Source of the DNA: Breznakia sp. PF5-3
Lineage (GTDB): Bacteria > Bacillota_I > Bacilli_A > Erysipelotrichales > Erysipelotrichaceae
NCBI RefSeq assembly: GCF_029504745.1
Contig: NZ_JAQFIQ010000018.1
Location: forward strand, 1-32,000
Direction: 5' to 3'
Length of the DNA: 32,000 nt
Under the pieces are notes generated by a model, which worked only from the letters and a program-made list of their open reading frames with translations, had not been told where the DNA came from and did not search any database. Position numbers and translations under genes: made by a program. Shown here in pieces: positions 17,374 through 27,212 of the stretch. How positions within the stretch are numbered: the stretch's first letter is position 1; every line of letters starts with the position of its first letter.

Positions 17374-17401
17374 ATTATAATCATTTTTAGCACTCTGTCA
17401 A
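17374..17401 (-). promoter_or_regulatory. Consensus sigma-70 promoter of groES-groEL
   Basis: Minus strand reads TTGACA, 16 nt, TATAAT. Confidence 0.7.
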
Positions 17402-17413
17402 TACGAGTGACAA
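17387..17413. promoter_or_regulatory. CIRCE operator no. 2, overlapping the -35 box
   Basis: TTAGCACTC-tgtcaatac-GAGTGACAA. The left arm is perfect and the right arm has 2 mismatches. Confidence 0.7.
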
Positions 17414-17454
17414 AAAAGTTAAACAATTTTTCATATTCTTTCTAAATCATCATA

Positions 17455-17479
17455 AGAAAAAAACACCTACTTCGTAGGT
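17455..17479 (-). terminator. Terminator of the TetR gene (the hairpin includes the stop codon)
   Basis: Minus strand reads cacctac-gaa-gtaggtg followed by tttttttc. Confidence 0.7.
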
Positions 17480-18075
17480 GCAATTCCTTTGATCATAAGT
17501 TCTGTCCACTCGGCTGTATATGGGACAATATGTTCATATACTTTTGGGTTTGAAATTCCTTCAACTAACGCTTGAAAATAAAGCAACAGAAACTCATCAG
17601 AATATTTCAAATCAACTTTTCCTTCTTTTTTTCCACGATGGAATAAATCCAACATCAGACCCGAACTCTCATGTAAATAATCCATCATCAATACCGTAAA
17701 TCCATCATCATTTTTATTTGTGAAGTAATCCATTAAATCCAAATAAAATTGATGATTTACTTCTCTAAAAAAAGTTATTTTATTTTGACTCATTGCTATT
17801 AATGTCTCCGCAAATGGTTTATTTTCATCCATTATTTTTCTAGCTTCTGTAGCAATCTGTTCAATAAATTCTTTAAACACTTGATGAATTAAATTATCTT
17901 TACTACCAAAATATTTAAAAATCGTTGTCTTTCCAACCTTTGCCTGTTTCACTATTTCATCAATCCTTACATTTGTTATACCTGCGTCTGTATTCATCAT
18001 ATCAAAGGTTGTTTTTAAAATTAATTGCCGCTTTTCTTCCGTTCTCTTTTCAAATCCATTCATATGTTTTCTCAC
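17467..18075 (-). CDS. TetR/AcrR-family transcriptional regulator
   Basis: N-terminal HTH VRIDEIVKQAKVGKTTIFKYFGSKDNLI. It is divergent from the ABC transporter genes. Confidence 0.9.
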   Translation of the reverse strand: MRKHMNGFEKRTEEKRQLILKTTFDMMNTDAGITNVRIDEIVKQAKVGKTTIFKYFGSKDNLIHQVFKEFIEQIATEARKIMDENKPFAETLIAMSQNKITFFREVNHQFYLDLMDYFTNKNDDGFTVLMMDYLHESSGLMLDLFHRGKKEGKVDLKYSDEFLLLYFQALVEGISNPKVYEHIVPYTAEWTELMIKGIAPTK

Positions 18076-18204
18076 TTTCTTATTTTCATTATAGCATAAC
18101 CAAAATTAAATACTATAATATATTTTTTAGTTCTTAATTTTTTATTTTTATAATTATATTAATTAATTAAGAACTATTTTATCAAAAAGGTACATTGTTG
18201 TTGG

Positions 18205-18232
18205 TTGACAATAGTAAAAAAATGTTTATTAT
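18205..18232 (+). promoter_or_regulatory. Candidate sigma-70 promoter for the ABC transporter operon
   Basis: TTGACA, 16 nt, TATTAT. It would give a leader of about 150 nt. Confidence 0.4.
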
Positions 18233-18388
18233 TAAACTTGTAAATGAACTTTGGTTTGACACAAGTTAAGGTTGATGACAATTCTTTATCCTTCCCCAAT
18301 AACAAGAATTCTTCACCATGAAACTTTGCATAGAACTGGAAAGCACGTTACGCACTTTACTATTTATATGAAAAGGAGTATCTGTGTT

Positions 18389-19267
18389 ATGGAAATTATT
18401 AAAATAAAAGGATTACAAAAGAAGTTTGGTAAGTTTACTGCCTTACATGATGTATCACTTAGTGTTAACGCTGGTGAAGTTGTTGGTTTCATTGGACCAA
18501 ATGGAGCTGGAAAATCAACAACAATTCGTGTTTTGTTGGGGATTATCAATCGAGATGCTGGAGATGTAACCATCTTTAATCACGATGTATGGAAAGACAG
18601 CTTAGAAATTCATAAACGTATTTCTTACGTTCCTGGGGATGTTGCGCTTTGGGGAAACCTAACTGGGGGAGAGATTATTGATTTATTTATGAAATTGCAT
18701 GGTGGAGGAGATAAAACAAAGCGGGATTATTTAATCAATCGTTTTGAACTAGATCCAAAGAAAAAAGCCAAAAGTTATTCAAAGGGTAATCGCCAAAAAG
18801 TTGGATTGATTGCAGCCTTGTCGGTTGCATCAGATTTATATATATTTGATGAACCAACTTCTGGATTAGACCCTTTAATGGAAGCAGTATTTCAAGAAGA
18901 AATTGAGAAAATCAAAACCGAAGGAAAGGCTATCTTGCTCTCTTCCCACATATTAAGCGAGGTAGAACGATTAGCTGATAAAGTTGCAATTATTCGCCAA
19001 GGGAAAGTTGTTGAAACAGGAACACTTGATGAACTACGTCATTTAACTCGTTCTACAGTAACTATGGCTACAACCAAAGATGTAGAAGCGATGGCGAAAG
19101 TAAAAGGTGTTTATGATTTTGTGAAAAAGGGGAATCAAGCTACATTCTCTGTCGATAATCATCATATGAATGATATTATGGCAGAAGCAGTAAAATTAGG
19201 AGTTAAAAAATTTGAATCTGTACCACCAACGCTAGAAGATTTATTCATGCGTCATTATGCAGAATAG
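18389..19267 (+). CDS. ABC transporter ATP-binding protein
   Basis: Walker A GPNGAGKST, signature-like YSKGNRQKV and Walker B LYIFDEP. The ATG at 18389 (MEIIKIKGL) has SD aaaggag. The 39-codon extension in the track is non-coding. Confidence 0.92.
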   Translation: MEIIKIKGLQKKFGKFTALHDVSLSVNAGEVVGFIGPNGAGKSTTIRVLLGIINRDAGDVTIFNHDVWKDSLEIHKRISYVPGDVALWGNLTGGEIIDLFMKLHGGGDKTKRDYLINRFELDPKKKAKSYSKGNRQKVGLIAALSVASDLYIFDEPTSGLDPLMEAVFQEEIEKIKTEGKAILLSSHILSEVERLADKVAIIRQGKVVETGTLDELRHLTRSTVTMATTKDVEAMAKVKGVYDFVKKGNQATFSVDNHHMNDIMAEAVKLGVKKFESVPPTLEDLFMRHYAE

Positions 19268-19289
19268 ACAGGAGCGAGGTGTTTACATC

Positions 19290-20903
19290 ATGAAAGAAAA
19301 ATTCTCACTATGGAATGTTTTGTTTATACAATACATCAAACGTGATTGGAAAAAAATTATTGTATGGATTTTAGGTTTAGGTTTATTTTGTGGAGCTTTT
19401 GTTCCTGCTTTTGAAGAAATTGGAAAGGGACAAGGTCTAATTGGGTTATTTGAAACTATGCAAAATCCTGCAATGATTTCTATGATTGGACCTACCCCTG
19501 TTGAACATGCTGCTAACTATACGTTAGGTGCCATGTATGCAAATGAGATGCTACTATTTTGTGGATTGTTTGCAATGATTATTTCTGCTTTGCATGTTGT
19601 TAGTCATACTCGTAAAGAAGAAGAATTAGGATTAAGTGAACTCGTCCGTTCTTTTGAAGTGGGTAGACAAGCAAATTCATTAGCCGTTATCATCGAAACA
19701 ATTCTCATTAACCTTATATTAGCCCTCTTTATAGGTGGTATAATGGTAAGCTTTGGCGTAGATTCCATTGTTGCAGAAGGGACATTTCTATTTGGAGCAT
19801 CAATCGGTTTAGCTGGAATTATCGGAGCAGTACTTGCTTTGTTAATCTCACAAATCATGCCTACTTCATCTGGAGCCTCTGGAACTACTTTATCAATCAT
19901 TGGATTATTATATATTTTGCGTGCTAGTAGTGATATTTCAAATATCACATTGTCAAAAATCAATCCAATGGGATGGGTATATTTAACTTATCCATTTACC
20001 GAAAATAATTGGTATTTCCTATTCATTGGTATTATATTCTGTATCGCAATTATCTTCTTATCCTTTGTGTTGGAAGGTAAACGTGATATGGGTGCAGGTT
20101 ATCTTCCTGAAAAAGAAGGACGAGCAACAGCAAAGAAATCGTTATTATCGGTTCCTGGTTTATTATTCAAAATCAACAAAGGTTCTATTATTGGCTGGCT
20201 TATTGCTTTTATGATTATGGGAGCTGCCTATGGATCCATTTATGGAGATATGCAAACATTCTTAAAAAGTAATGAGTTGATAAGTCAAATGTTTACAATG
20301 AGTGGCATTTCACTTGAGGCTTCCTTCACAGGAACCATCATGATGATCATGATCGGACTTGTTGCCATTCTTCCTATTACAGTTATAAATAAACTATTTT
20401 CAGAAGAAACGCGAATGCATCTTAGTCAACTATATTCTACGAAAGTTACAAGAGGACAATTGTATTGGACGACGCTTATCATTGCTATTTTGGCAGGAAT
20501 AATCGGTATTGTTTTTGGGGCTGGTGGATTAGGTTTGGCAGCTATGACATCCATGAATGGAACTTCTACACTTAATATGATAGATTTTCTTGCTGCTGGG
20601 TTTAACTTCTTACCATCGGTCTTATTTTTCACAGGTTTAGCTGCCTTAGCCCTTGGCTGGCTTCCAAAGCTAGGAAAAGTTGTTTATGCCTATCTTGGGT
20701 ATTCCTTTGCAATTAACTATTTTGGAGGTATCTTAAATTTACCAAACTGGTTCTCTAAAACCGCAATCATGAGTTGGATTCCACGAATGCCTATGGAAGA
20801 TTTTGATATAACGATATTTCTTATCATATCACTACTTGGTATTGGATTAATGATTTTAGGTTATATTGGTTATAAAAAAAGAGACATGCAAGAAAGAGCA
20901 TAA
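19290..20903 (+). CDS. ABC-2-type transporter permease (large, about 12 TM)
   Basis: Polytopic hydrophobic protein directly downstream of the ATPase. I chose the ATG at 19290 (MKEKFSLWNV) with SD ggagcgagg. Confidence 0.8.
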   Translation: MKEKFSLWNVLFIQYIKRDWKKIIVWILGLGLFCGAFVPAFEEIGKGQGLIGLFETMQNPAMISMIGPTPVEHAANYTLGAMYANEMLLFCGLFAMIISALHVVSHTRKEEELGLSELVRSFEVGRQANSLAVIIETILINLILALFIGGIMVSFGVDSIVAEGTFLFGASIGLAGIIGAVLALLISQIMPTSSGASGTTLSIIGLLYILRASSDISNITLSKINPMGWVYLTYPFTENNWYFLFIGIIFCIAIIFLSFVLEGKRDMGAGYLPEKEGRATAKKSLLSVPGLLFKINKGSIIGWLIAFMIMGAAYGSIYGDMQTFLKSNELISQMFTMSGISLEASFTGTIMMIMIGLVAILPITVINKLFSEETRMHLSQLYSTKVTRGQLYWTTLIIAILAGIIGIVFGAGGLGLAAMTSMNGTSTLNMIDFLAAGFNFLPSVLFFTGLAALALGWLPKLGKVVYAYLGYSFAINYFGGILNLPNWFSKTAIMSWIPRMPMEDFDITIFLIISLLGIGLMILGYIGYKKRDMQERA

Positions 20904-20907
20904 TGAC

Positions 20908-20940
20908 AAAAGCGAGTACACCATGTACTCGCTTTCTTAA
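20908..20940 (+). terminator. Terminator after the ABC permease gene
   Basis: aaagcgagtaca-cca-tgtactcgcttt followed by cttaatt (a modest T-tract). Confidence 0.6.
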
Positions 20941-20998
20941 TTGTAACCTTTTTATATTTCATAAAGAATATAATTCTTTTTATTCATAATTTAGATAT

Positions 20999-21724
20999 TT
21001 ATATTCTTTTTGCTTCATAGGTGAATACTGCTTTATCACAACGAATATAACTCTCAGTATACTCTACAACATTACCATCTTTATCTTTGCCTAAGTACTC
21101 AAAGTAATATAAAGGATCATTGGTGTGAATTCCCATTTGCTTGGCAAGCTTCTCATCTGCTTCAATAATGATTAAGCGTTGTTCAAATTTTATTGGGAAG
21201 TGTCCTTTGGACTCCATATAATTATAAATCGAAACATTTTCAAAATTATGTTCATCTGCATCTTCAAAAAATTTAAATGGCATATAACAATACTCTACTC
21301 CAAAAGGCTCATCATTTGCATAACGCAAACGATGAACAACATATACATCTTCATACTTTGCCAAATTTAATTTTGACCCCAAATAATTAAATGCCTTTGT
21401 TAGCCCTTTTACTAGTACCTTATCTTTTCTTCTAACCCCTTGTTCACGAAATAAAGCACTAATTCCTGAAGCATCATCACTTCCCCAAGCTAACCGTTGT
21501 CGATGTTTACGTTGTACAAAGGTTCCTTTTCCATGTACACGAAATAAATAGCCTTCTTCTACAAGAGCATCAATCGCTTTTTTAACAGTCATTCGATTCA
21601 CTTCATAACTCTCTGCTAACTTGCGCTCACTTGGAATAGCCTCTCCAGGTAGATACTCTTTATTATTTACTTTTTGAACAATTGCATCTCTAATCTGTAT
21701 ATATATTGGCATCCGATAATCCAT
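20999..21724 (-). CDS. GntR-family (HutC subfamily, UTRA effector domain) regulator
   Basis: PIYIQIRDAIVQKV...LPGEAIPSERKLAESYEVNRMTVKKAIDALVEEGYLFRVHGKGTFV. The start is either the ATG at 21724 or the GTG at 21736. SD AGGAGG overlaps the stop codon of the upstream gene. Confidence 0.88.
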   Translation of the reverse strand: MDYRMPIYIQIRDAIVQKVNNKEYLPGEAIPSERKLAESYEVNRMTVKKAIDALVEEGYLFRVHGKGTFVQRKHRQRLAWGSDDASGISALFREQGVRRKDKVLVKGLTKAFNYLGSKLNLAKYEDVYVVHRLRYANDEPFGVEYCYMPFKFFEDADEHNFENVSIYNYMESKGHFPIKFEQRLIIIEADEKLAKQMGIHTNDPLYYFEYLGKDKDGNVVEYTESYIRCDKAVFTYEAKRI

Positions 21725-21740
21725 GTTCGTATCCACCCTC

Positions 21741-22466
21741 CTAACTTTTTTTCCCAGTTAAATCATCATTCACGTATACAAAGCGATTCATAATCATATA
21801 AGTCTCTGAGTATTCAATTGGTTTTCCATCAATAGATAATACCAAGCCCTGTTGCTTTACCAATTTTTCACCAACTGGTACATGTAAACTTTTCGATAAA
21901 AATTCATCACTTTCCACAACAATAATTTCTTGTTCAGAAGAATCAAGATCAATTAAATAATCTTCTTCTAAAATACTATAAAAAGATCGATTTTCTAAAT
22001 CTTTTTCCATCAGTGTAGGTGCTACATCACAAGGCACAAGCGATTCTTCGAGTGAAACAATTTCATCATCTACATAACGAAGACGATCAATAAAAAAACA
22101 CTTCGTTCCTATGGGAAGTTTAATTTTATTAAATAAATCTTTTCCTATTTCTTTTTTTTCAATACTGAGTAGTTTGATATGCTGCTGTTTTCCCATATCT
22201 GAAACTACCTGCGAGGTAGATGAAATTCGATACACATTCTTTTCGATGCGTCGTGGTGCTACATAGTAGCCACTACGCTCTCTTGAACAAATCCAACCTT
22301 CTTGAAGCAATATCTTTAACCCCGTACGAACGGTTGCTCTTTGCACATCAAGTTTCTCTGCCAATTCTCTTTCACTAGGTAATTTCTCACCCTCCAAAAT
22401 AGGAGTGTTTTCTATCATGTATTTAATTTCATTACATACGATAATATCAAGTGTTAACAATCTCAT
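21741..22466 (-). CDS. Second GntR-family (HutC/UTRA) regulator
   Basis: LEGEKLPSERELAEKLDVQRATVRTGLKILLQEGWICSRERSGYYV plus a UTRA-length C-terminal domain. Confidence 0.85.
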   Translation of the reverse strand: MRLLTLDIIVCNEIKYMIENTPILEGEKLPSERELAEKLDVQRATVRTGLKILLQEGWICSRERSGYYVAPRRIEKNVYRISSTSQVVSDMGKQQHIKLLSIEKKEIGKDLFNKIKLPIGTKCFFIDRLRYVDDEIVSLEESLVPCDVAPTLMEKDLENRSFYSILEEDYLIDLDSSEQEIIVVESDEFLSKSLHVPVGEKLVKQQGLVLSIDGKPIEYSETYMIMNRFVYVNDDLTGKKS

Positions 22467-22492
22467 GGTAATTTGAACCTCTTTCCTTGTTT

Positions 22493-22501
22493 ATTATACC
22501 A
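22493..22501 (-). promoter_or_regulatory. Extended -10 promoter element (TGGTATAAT) upstream of the GntR pair
   Basis: The minus strand reads tgGTATAAT 27 nt upstream of the ATG at 22466. Confidence 0.4.
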
Positions 22502-22528
22502 CATTAAAGTTTATAAAAAAGATATACC

Positions 22529-22969
22529 TTAATATTTTTCCATTACAATATATTTACTCTGTTTATAACCTAGTTTGGTATAAAAAGACAGTGCTTTCTC
22601 ATTTCTTGGATTTACCTCTAAAGTAAACGTATATTCATCTAAATCGTAGTTTTTTTCCAACCACGTAAAAAACTTTCTTCCATATTGTTTACCTCGATGG
22701 GCTTTCTTTATATATAATTCATCAATCAGTATCGTTATACTTTCATTTCCATTACACCAAAAAAAGCCCAATAGAGCATATCCTATAATTGCTCCTTCTT
22801 GTTCCAAAAGTAAGCCTCTTACATAAGGTGACTTTTTCATTACCTGTTTAAACGTTGTTATAAATTGTTCTTCATTTCCATCTTCTATGGATGCCTCACT
22901 TTCATAAAAAGCTTTTGACATCGCAATATATGCTTCTTTATCCTTTACTTCAAAATCACGAACTTTCAT
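22529..22969 (-). CDS. GNAT-family N-acetyltransferase
   Basis: 146 aa. Acetyl-CoA-binding motif LYIKKAHRGKQYGRKFF. Confidence 0.88.
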   Translation of the reverse strand: MKVRDFEVKDKEAYIAMSKAFYESEASIEDGNEEQFITTFKQVMKKSPYVRGLLLEQEGAIIGYALLGFFWCNGNESITILIDELYIKKAHRGKQYGRKFFTWLEKNYDLDEYTFTLEVNPRNEKALSFYTKLGYKQSKYIVMEKY

Positions 22970-23070
22970 TTTTTTCTCCTTTCAAATTTAATATTTCGTG
23001 AGTTTGAAGCTATCCAGGATTTTGTTGATAATAATCTTTTATTATTTGCTCTTCACCATCATCCACATTT

Positions 23071-24423
23071 TCACTCCTTTATCAGTGTTAAATTCTTTAT
23101 CCAATGTTCTTTCTTATAAAAATAAGTAGATAAAAATACTTTTACTATATTTATGCCTTCTACTAATATAAACATCATAAGTAAATCCATATGCCACACT
23201 CTTGATGCCAAGATACTCAACAACAACGGTCCAAAGATAATAAATAATCCATCAATAGCTAGTACCGATTTTGTATCTCCTCCTGCTCTTAAAATATAAT
23301 ATGCTGTTTCTGCATATCCTTGTGTCCACATAATAGCGGCCTTTACAATCAATAATATCATCGCCATATCAGCACTTGTTTCCTTTAGCGAAAACAACTG
23401 AGGAATAAATGGTGAACCTATCATAATCAAAACACTACCTACCACATAAATGATTAGACCTATTTTAATCATCTTCTTAGAGTCACTTCGCGCCTCATCC
23501 AAATGATTTGCACCTAGATCCTTTCCAATAATAATTCCTGTAGCTGTTGCACATCCAGCAAAAGCAACATGAACAAGCGATGATATATTATCAACAACGG
23601 TTAATGATGGTATATAACTTTCACCAACATAACAATAGTTCATAAAGATAATACTAAGCCCTATTGACCACAGTATTTCATTACATACTAAGGGTATTGT
23701 TTGCTTAATGATGATTACTTTCTCTTTTATATTTAATTTCTTTATCTTGGCAAATAAGTATAAATCTGATTTCTTATTTGATAATAACCATAATAAGAAA
23801 AACAGTTCTACATAACGAGATAGAGAAGTTGCAATCGCTGCACCTTTAATGCCCATTGCTTCAAATCCAAAATGTCCGAAAATCAATATATAATTTAATA
23901 CAACATTTACAACAAAAGCAATAAACCCACTAACCATTGGAACCTTTGGTTCCCCTTTAATTCGATAAGCAACCGCAATCATCATCACACAAGCAAAGGG
24001 TAAGTAAGAATATCTTACCACATATAAATATTCAAGGGCTCCTTCTACTATTTTTGGTGTTTCCAAAAAAATGGTAATTACCGATTCAGGAAAGAGCAAT
24101 AAATATATGGTTGCTACAATACCAACAAGTGTACAACACCATAAACCAAAACGGAATACTGCATTATACGAGTGTTTATTGTTTGCTCCATAATATTGAG
24201 AAATATAAATACCAATTCCATTTGCCAATCCAAAAATTGCTAGATTAAATACAAAGAAGAATTTGTTAGCAACCGTAATACTGCTAATCGCATCTTCTCC
24301 CAGTCCACCAATCATTACCGTATCTGCAATGCTTAATAAATTGACGAGTAACTGTTGTATGATTACTGGTAATGCTAATAATAAAACATGTTTGATAAAT
24401 TTTTTATCTAATTTTGCATTCAT
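23071..24423 (-). CDS. MATE-family efflux transporter
   Basis: 12-TM protein with an N-terminus KKFIKHVLLLALPVIIQQLL typical of MATE/NorM. The start is uncertain: ATG at 24423 or ATG at 24465. Confidence 0.88.
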   Translation of the reverse strand: MNAKLDKKFIKHVLLLALPVIIQQLLVNLLSIADTVMIGGLGEDAISSITVANKFFFVFNLAIFGLANGIGIYISQYYGANNKHSYNAVFRFGLWCCTLVGIVATIYLLLFPESVITIFLETPKIVEGALEYLYVVRYSYLPFACVMMIAVAYRIKGEPKVPMVSGFIAFVVNVVLNYILIFGHFGFEAMGIKGAAIATSLSRYVELFFLLWLLSNKKSDLYLFAKIKKLNIKEKVIIIKQTIPLVCNEILWSIGLSIIFMNYCYVGESYIPSLTVVDNISSLVHVAFAGCATATGIIIGKDLGANHLDEARSDSKKMIKIGLIIYVVGSVLIMIGSPFIPQLFSLKETSADMAMILLIVKAAIMWTQGYAETAYYILRAGGDTKSVLAIDGLFIIFGPLLLSILASRVWHMDLLMMFILVEGINIVKVFLSTYFYKKEHWIKNLTLIKE

Positions 24424-24477
24424 TGTCCACCCCACTTCTACAATAAAACTGGCATCTTCATACATGCCAGTTTCTTT

Positions 24478-25116
24478 CTAATTTTCTTCGTTTATAATTT
24501 GAATTGCGGCACTGGCACCAAGTGCCTGGGCACCTGCATCCACCAATTCTTTCGCAAATAAGTAGCTACGAATGCCACCTGCTGCTTTGATTTTGATATT
24601 ATCATTTAAATATTTTTTCATTAGTTCTACATCATGTAGTTTGGCTCCACCAAAACTCTTTCCTGTAGACGTTTTTAAGAAACTTGGATTTGCTTGGTTG
24701 GCTAATTCACAAATTTTAACCTTTGCTTCTTCATCAAGCTTACACATTTCCACAATTGCTTTATCTGTAATTTGATGTTCTTTACAAAATGTTGCAACTG
24801 CTTTTAGCTCTTCTAGCAACCCTTCATAATTTCTTTCTTCCACATTCTTTTGGTTTAATACATAATCAATTTCTTTAAATCCTTTATCTGCGTACATTTG
24901 GAATGCTTTTAATTTATCTTCCAAACATAAGTTACCTTCAGGGAAATCAATTGCACCCGCAACAATAATATCCGTATCCTTTAAATATGCAACTGCTTCA
25001 TCATATTGATCCAAAGATGCAAATACACATCTTACATTTAATTTCTTTGCTTTTTGTAAGTACTCAATAAATGTATCATTAGGATCATCAATATAATCTA
25101 TGTATTTACTTATCAT
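24478..25116 (-). CDS. DeoC/LacD-class I aldolase (deoxyribose-phosphate aldolase-like)
   Basis: Schiff-base lysine context FLKTSTGKSFGGA and IKAAGGIRS. Confidence 0.82.
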   Translation of the reverse strand: MISKYIDYIDDPNDTFIEYLQKAKKLNVRCVFASLDQYDEAVAYLKDTDIIVAGAIDFPEGNLCLEDKLKAFQMYADKGFKEIDYVLNQKNVEERNYEGLLEELKAVATFCKEHQITDKAIVEMCKLDEEAKVKICELANQANPSFLKTSTGKSFGGAKLHDVELMKKYLNDNIKIKAAGGIRSYLFAKELVDAGAQALGASAAIQIINEEN

Positions 25117-25124
25117 AAGTGCAC

Positions 25125-25958
25125 CTATGCACTCATAACGCCAAAGTAAGCTAGTGCAATTCCAACTACAACGGTAATAAGAATTAATTTAACAGGACCT
25201 ACTTTTTTACCTAATGCCCAATAATAAAGCCATGTTACACCTAGCCCTACAATTCCAGGCATAATACCATCAAGCACTTCTTGCAAGCTCGCTACCGAAT
25301 CTCCTGAACCAATTTTCAAAGACACCGTAGCCCAGAACATATCAAACGTCATGGAACCAATTACCATAATCCCTAAGATACCTGCTGCATACATTAACTT
25401 ATCCATCGTTCCATTTTCTTGTGCTTTAGTAAGATAATTAAATCCTAAATTATATCCTAATCTAGCTCCAAATACACGTATTAAAAAGGCTGGAACATTG
25501 TAGATTAGTACATATAAGATTGGTCCAAGAATATTTCCTTGTTGCGCTAATGAAAGACCTACACCAAGGGCAATAACACGAATACAACCTAAGAAAATAG
25601 AATCACCAATCCCTGATAATGGACCCATAAGAGCAGCTTTAATACCATTGATTCCATCACCGCTAATATCACCTTTATTTACTTCCTCTTCCATCGAAAG
25701 AACGATTCCACCAACAAATGGTGCTAACTGAGGTGTAATGTTGAAGAATTCCATATGACGTACAAGTGCTTCTTTATACCCTTCTGGATTGTTTGCATAA
25801 ATCTTCTTTAATGAAGGATCTAGCATTAATAAGAATGCCATATGCATCTGTCTAGGATAATTCCAAGACCACTCCATTCCTAAACCACCTACATTAAAGC
25901 TCATTCTAGTTAATTCTTTTTTTGTTATTATTCCTGTTTGCTTAGAAGTCATCATCAT
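25125..25958 (-). CDS. PTS mannose/fructose/sorbose-family EIID component
   Basis: Family-typical WNYPRQMHMAFLLMLDP and GPLSGIGDS motifs. There are three consecutive ATGs at 25958-25950, and SD GAGGAGG favours the second or third. Confidence 0.92.
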   Translation of the reverse strand: MMMTSKQTGIITKKELTRMSFNVGGLGMEWSWNYPRQMHMAFLLMLDPSLKKIYANNPEGYKEALVRHMEFFNITPQLAPFVGGIVLSMEEEVNKGDISGDGINGIKAALMGPLSGIGDSIFLGCIRVIALGVGLSLAQQGNILGPILYVLIYNVPAFLIRVFGARLGYNLGFNYLTKAQENGTMDKLMYAAGILGIMVIGSMTFDMFWATVSLKIGSGDSVASLQEVLDGIMPGIVGLGVTWLYYWALGKKVGPVKLILITVVVGIALAYFGVMSA

Positions 25959-26718
25959 CTACCTCCTCATTACTTGCTCCTACTATTGCCTCTTTTGCGC
26001 CAGATAAGAACCCAAATTTTTCAGCAACGATAATGATTCCTAAAATTGCAACTCCAAGAACTGGCATTCCCAAATATGCAGTTAAAATAAATCCTAAGAA
26101 ATAATATGGAACTATTTTCTTCGTCAAAATCATTCTCATTAACATTGCAAATCCTAATGTAGGTAACATTCCTGCAGCGACTGCCATTCCATCAATGATT
26201 ACTTGTGGAATAGATCCTAATACTGATTCAACTGCATCTACACCTAGGTAATAAGCAAAGAATACAAGTAAGAATTTTTCAAGTGCACCGATTGCTCCCA
26301 TAAGCCAGTGTACTTTTTTGATTGTTTTCGAATCACCTTTGGTTGCTGCATCATCCGCAAATTTTAAAAATGTCGGTGTTAATGCTGCTATAAAATTACT
26401 AATTGATAATGCAATAAGAGCAATTGGCATTGCAAGGGTAACTGCTGTTTCCAATCCAGCCCCTGTTGTTATAGCAAATGCTGTCCCTAAGATTCCACCA
26501 ATCAATACATCTGGTGGAATATATGCTCCAACTGAGATTGCTCCCATAAATAACAACTCCAAACTAGCCCCCACTGTAATACCAGTTTGAAAATCGCCTA
26601 AAATAAGTCCTACAATTGGACCAATTGTAATTGGTCTAAATGTATATAATGTCCCTAGTTGATAATCCAATACTCCCCATACTGCAACTAGTCCTAATAA
26701 AATTGATTGAACTACCAT
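25942..26718 (-). CDS. PTS mannose-family EIIC component
   Basis: 258-aa polytopic protein with an acidic tail EEVDDDDF. It sits between the IIB and IID genes. Confidence 0.92.
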   Translation of the reverse strand: MVVQSILLGLVAVWGVLDYQLGTLYTFRPITIGPIVGLILGDFQTGITVGASLELLFMGAISVGAYIPPDVLIGGILGTAFAITTGAGLETAVTLAMPIALIALSISNFIAALTPTFLKFADDAATKGDSKTIKKVHWLMGAIGALEKFLLVFFAYYLGVDAVESVLGSIPQVIIDGMAVAAGMLPTLGFAMLMRMILTKKIVPYYFLGFILTAYLGMPVLGVAILGIIIVAEKFGFLSGAKEAIVGASNEEVDDDDF

Positions 26719-26729
26719 TGTTTTCCTCC

Positions 26730-27200
26730 TTATAACACTTTTTCAACAAATATCTTTTTGTCATCAACCAAAGCTCTAATTTCTACTTCTAAACCTTTTT
26801 GAACAAATTCTTTTAGAATTTCTTCTTCTTTTTTGGTAACAAATATCTGTTTACTCAATTGCTTTGTTTCCTCTGATTCTTTTGTATTTCCTAAATTTAT
26901 TGATTTAATCTGTGGACATCCATCAACAAGTTGTTTTGCTTCCTCAATTGTTTGAACGACAATAACCAACTTATATTTATCTGTAACACCACTATTAATT
27001 GCATCGATAGAATCTTGCATGTTTTTTATTACTAATTTACATCCAGAAGGTTTACCAAGTTTTAATGTTGTTTTCCAAACATCATCATTGACAACCATAT
27101 CACTAGCAACTAAAATACAGTCCGCTCCAACTCCATTAGTCCATGAAAATGCGACTTGTCCATGTAATAATCTATGATCTATTCTAACTAGTTTTATCAT
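26730..27200 (-). CDS. PTS mannose/sorbose-family EIIB component
   Basis: N-terminal IKLVRIDHRLLHGQV (phospho-His motif). Confidence 0.93.
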   Translation of the reverse strand: MIKLVRIDHRLLHGQVAFSWTNGVGADCILVASDMVVNDDVWKTTLKLGKPSGCKLVIKNMQDSIDAINSGVTDKYKLVIVVQTIEEAKQLVDGCPQIKSINLGNTKESEETKQLSKQIFVTKKEEEILKEFVQKGLEVEIRALVDDKKIFVEKVL

Positions 27201-27212
27201 AATTTTACCTTC

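Noticed and set aside
18272-18388. A 39-codon N-terminal extension of the ABC ATPase ORF
   Set aside because: It shows no similarity to ABC N-termini. The ATG at 18389 has the SD AAAGGAG and gives the usual start immediately before the first beta-strand and Walker A.
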